A DNA stretch of 63,997 nucleotides, counting the filler, from Basidiobolus ranarum (lineage: Eukaryota): assembly GCA_040143965.1 (NCBI GenBank). It is 3 parts of 3 records of this genome, joined end to end, with 100 filler letters (N's around TTAATTAATTAA, not from the genome) between each part and the next. Parts side by side here need not be neighbours in the genome. Positions count along the whole stretch, not along the records: positions 45,565 to 63,997 come from JASJQH010000275.1; 2 more parts are not named here. One strand, given 5' to 3'. Shown piece after piece: positions 60,809 through 63,997 of this stretch. The translations under genes were made by a program, and so were the position numbers. The notes under the pieces are model-generated. The model was not told the origin of the DNA. It was given only the letters and a program-made list of their open reading frames with translations, and ran no database searches. Numbering within the stretch: the stretch's first letter is position 1; the number at the start of each line of letters is the position of its first letter.

Positions 60809-62553
60809 ATGACACAACACGAAGATAAGCTTTGCAACGAAACAGCATTATCGTTGATCTTCAAATTTCTCAAGAAAGAAGATCCAGTAGCTTTGTGTAA
60901 TTCTTTACTTGTCAGTAAGAGATGGTATGACTTAGCTAAGCCACTATTTTGGGATGTCCCTAGATTCGCCTCAAGACACAGTGGTGAAAACTTTATAACA
61001 ATTGTAGAGAAGAATAAAGCACGTAAGAACCCTCCATTATTTTCTTTGAAACAACATCCATTCTAATGAGTCATAATTTTTATATTCTTGCTATACTTTA
61101 TCTGTTCCGACCAATATTACTCACGAAAATATTCGAGGGTTCTCTAGTTGCTTCGCTTGTGACCAATTTAAACTTAATAGGATACAAAAAATGTTTCGTA
61201 AACGAATTACTTGAATCACTGAAACATCTAGATTCTTTGACTTCGTTACGAACTTCTCCCGAGACGGGGGTGACAGTGGACATGGTAACCACTGACGAAG
61301 TCTTAAAAAATATGGCCACCATCAAGGAACTTGAGTACGTGGAGATAAAACTACAGGACGAGAGCATCAATAAACTTATACTACTAGTGAATTCTATCAA
61401 GCACATCGAAAGACTAGGAATCAAAGTAACCCCCACAGAAGAAAGTGATTTGAGCAGCTTACATTTACTTGAAAATCTTAACAGATTGGACACACTTAAA
61501 AGTTTCAGTTTATATGGTGAATCGATCTCAGAGGAGATAATCAGCTCGTTCGTAAAGATTATGCCCAACCTCGAGAGTATCTCAATTAGATCTTTACTAA
61601 AAACCAACATGATACGTTCGTTAAAACATACTTTGCCGAGTACTGTAAGGTGCTTAGAGCTTGGTAAAGTCGCAGACCCGTCAGAGCTAGTCATGGAATT
61701 TTTTGAGGAAAGACACTCACAACGATTAACGAAGTTACATTTGGAGTTGGATAAGAGTTGCGTCTTGAGCCCAGAGCAATTGATTAGTTTGTTGAATGTT
61801 CAATCCGAGCAACTAGAGGAAATTCTTATATCTGGAATTGATCTTCGTAAGGAATTTGCTTCGGAAGAGTTGAAAAAACTGCCAGCTTTGCATAAGATTA
61901 CGTTTCGTAGATTAGCAAATTACGACCCACCACCATTGAAATTTTGGCAGGTCGTTCTGAAGCATCTTGGAGAGAACCTGACCCATTTACACATTGAAGA
62001 TGGAATGCTGCCAGAAAATCTTGGTGATATCATAGGAACCTATTGTAGCAATGTTTCGAACTTTTCTGCGCGTAACACTACTATGGATACATTGTCAATC
62101 ACTCAGTTAGTTAAGAAAATTGGGAAGAATCTTCACACTCTGAATCTTTGTCAAACCGAGATAGGTGAATATGGAATAAACTCGGTTCTGACCTTTTGTG
62201 GAAACGTGGAGGATCTCAATCTTTCCAACATTTATGGCTCGCCTTATCTAGACCCCATGGTTTTTGCTGGAGTGTTCTTAAAACGTCAAGGAGAGAAATT
62301 GCGTGCATTGAGGGTTGACGGATTGCCCATCAACAATATGCTCTTTAAAATGCTAGTCAAAACCTCTACGAATAGTCTGGAGACACTAAGTTTCACCAAT
62401 AATCAGTGCATTTCAGATTTGGAGTTAAGGGAGCTTGTCGAAAAGTGCCATCATTTGAAGATCATCCACATTTCAGAAAACCCGGATGGACATGAGGGAT
62501 TGACTCAGGGTTTGATTTTAGACATCGAAGACCAGTTCATCCATACCAACTAA
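60809..62553 (+). CDS. F-box + RNI-type LRR protein; intron 61023-61147
   Basis: F-box (LSLIFKFL...LCNSLLVSKRWYDLAKPLFW) joined in frame (phase 1) to the 495-aa LRR ORF. Confidence 0.85.
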
Positions 62554-63341
62554 TAAATCATTCCTTGCATTACTATTAGTTCTAAGGATATGGCAATGAT
62601 ATGTATCCACTATAGTATAGAGCTACATAATGCATAGTTCTATGTGTAAGTGAAAAGTTGATTTTGAACAAACGTCCGAGGCCGGAGCAATCATTACACA
62701 TGCAGAGTATAGCTACAAATAATAAAAATATCATACGTAAGTGCTAATGTCTGCACAGGAGTAAATTCCCGGGAGTGATTTAGCTCTGTATGAGGGGATA
62801 TTGAGTCACAATGGTCTGTTACCAGTTTACAGTAAAACAAATGTGCTTACGCACTCATTATAGAGGATATTGACGACAAAAGACAAAAGTTCATGGCATG
62901 CTACACTAAAAGAAGGAAAAAGCTTGATACAAGTATTTCTGTTATCAATAATTAAAAACTACCGGTTGTTCGGCTCAGATCCTTCTCAAGCTCCAGTAAC
63001 ATCTAACAAATTCTATGAACAAATGTAATAGATTTAGTACTAGAAATGTACAATCGATCAGTATAGTTCGAACAATGAACCATCATATACTACGCTCAGA
63101 AGAAAGGTTAATCACAGTAGATCCAGAGAGTGGCCGGAGATTACATCTGACAATACAAAGCTAATCCCATAGTGCTTTAGCATGAGTGTGCAGTTCTAGA
63201 GCCTATATAACAAGTGAGGTTTTTAACAGGTAGACAGTACATTACTTCAGTTCTCAGCTAAATTTCAAACAAATTTACCTTTCCAAAGTTCCTTATATTA
63301 TCCAGCACACACTTCTCAATTTACTGACATTCAGGTGATAA

Positions 63342-63997
63342 ATGCATATCTCTTCAATCAAGTTACTCTTTGTCCTTTCGGCTGCTTCAGGTATTTCCGG
63401 AGCTAGTGTTGCTGAGAGGGATTACTCTCCATCTCATCACAATAATCAGTATGAAGTGAGCAAAGATTGGGACAACAGAGAGCATCCTGGATGGAGTAAT
63501 GATCGAGGTGAATATGCCAGTCGTCAGGAAAACATTGATTACAGACGCCATAGAGACTACAATCATGATGATGATCAAGGCTATGATATTGAACATGGCG
63601 ACTACGAACGGGGTGGCAACAGATACGAAGATCACCATGATAGATACAGAAATGATTCTCATCATGATGAAGAGGATTGGGATTATGATAATGAAGACAG
63701 TAGAAAAGGTAGAGACCATCATTACCATGATACTAATGTCCCATCTGGAGAGGATATTAGTGGTGGGAACGGGTCATCGAACTCTGGTTCACCAGCTGGT
63801 AGAGATGGCGATGTACCAAGCGGTCAAGAAAATGTTGATCCAGCAGCTGGAAATGGCACTGGTGAAACCACAGGAAGTAAAGAGACCACGAAACCTGGAA
63901 GCTCTCCAGCTGGAGATGCCACGAATATTCATGAAGATGATGACTGCCGTAGGAATCTTGTCGATGGGCATATAGATGTACTTGGCATCAACGCAAA
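63342..63997 (+). CDS. Secreted low-complexity D/H/R/Y-rich then G/S/T-rich protein, runs off window end
   Basis: Own translation: MHISSIKLLFVLSAASGISGASVAERDYSPSHH...RYEDHHDRYRNDSHHDEEDWDYDNED...; no stop before 63997; TATATAA at about 63204. This frame is absent from the ORF track. Confidence 0.78.
   Translation, partial: MHISSIKLLFVLSAASGISGASVAERDYSPSHHNNQYEVSKDWDNREHPGWSNDRGEYASRQENIDYRRHRDYNHDDDQGYDIEHGDYERGGNRYEDHHDRYRNDSHHDEEDWDYDNEDSRKGRDHHYHDTNVPSGEDISGGNGSSNSGSPAGRDGDVPSGQENVDPAAGNGTGETTGSKETTKPGSSPAGDATNIHEDDDCRRNLVDGHIDVLGINA

Noticed and set aside
61098-61694. Long antisense or alternative-frame ORFs (e.g. 61098-61694, 63499-63975, 22874-23161, 57126-57494)
   Set aside because: Shadows of real genes on the other strand or frame; no independent motifs.

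Overview
Gene-dense, intron-rich, AT-rich eukaryotic DNA. It is most likely from an early-diverging fungus; this is inferred from the velvet gene, the AA5 oxidase, NEDD1, animal-like ORC6 and a candidate U12 intron. Two scaffold gaps lie at 22712-22811 and 45465-45564. About 25 protein-coding genes can be reconstructed, including PIG-A/GPI3, a LisH-CTLH-WD40 protein, pinin, NEDD1, an NmrA-like protein, velvet, glyoxal oxidase, a C2H2 factor, two CsbD-tailed paralogues, a GNL1/LSG1 GTPase, a Sec7-PH ArfGEF, a PCL cyclin, two F-box/LRR proteins, THR1, YHM2, ORC6 and SEC72. The main non-coding feature is a cluster of U5 snRNA genes at 30.5-38.9 kb: eight full-length copies, one decayed copy and a fragment, in two divergent arms around the ArfGEF gene. 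Each full copy has a conserved upstream ACCCAYA element plus a TATA-like box at nearly fixed spacing, a variable but compensated 3' hairpin, and an Sm site lacking the canonical G. The most unusual protein is a spliced 576-aa kinase with a predicted signal peptide, no transmembrane segment and a Cys-containing replacement of the Gly-rich loop.
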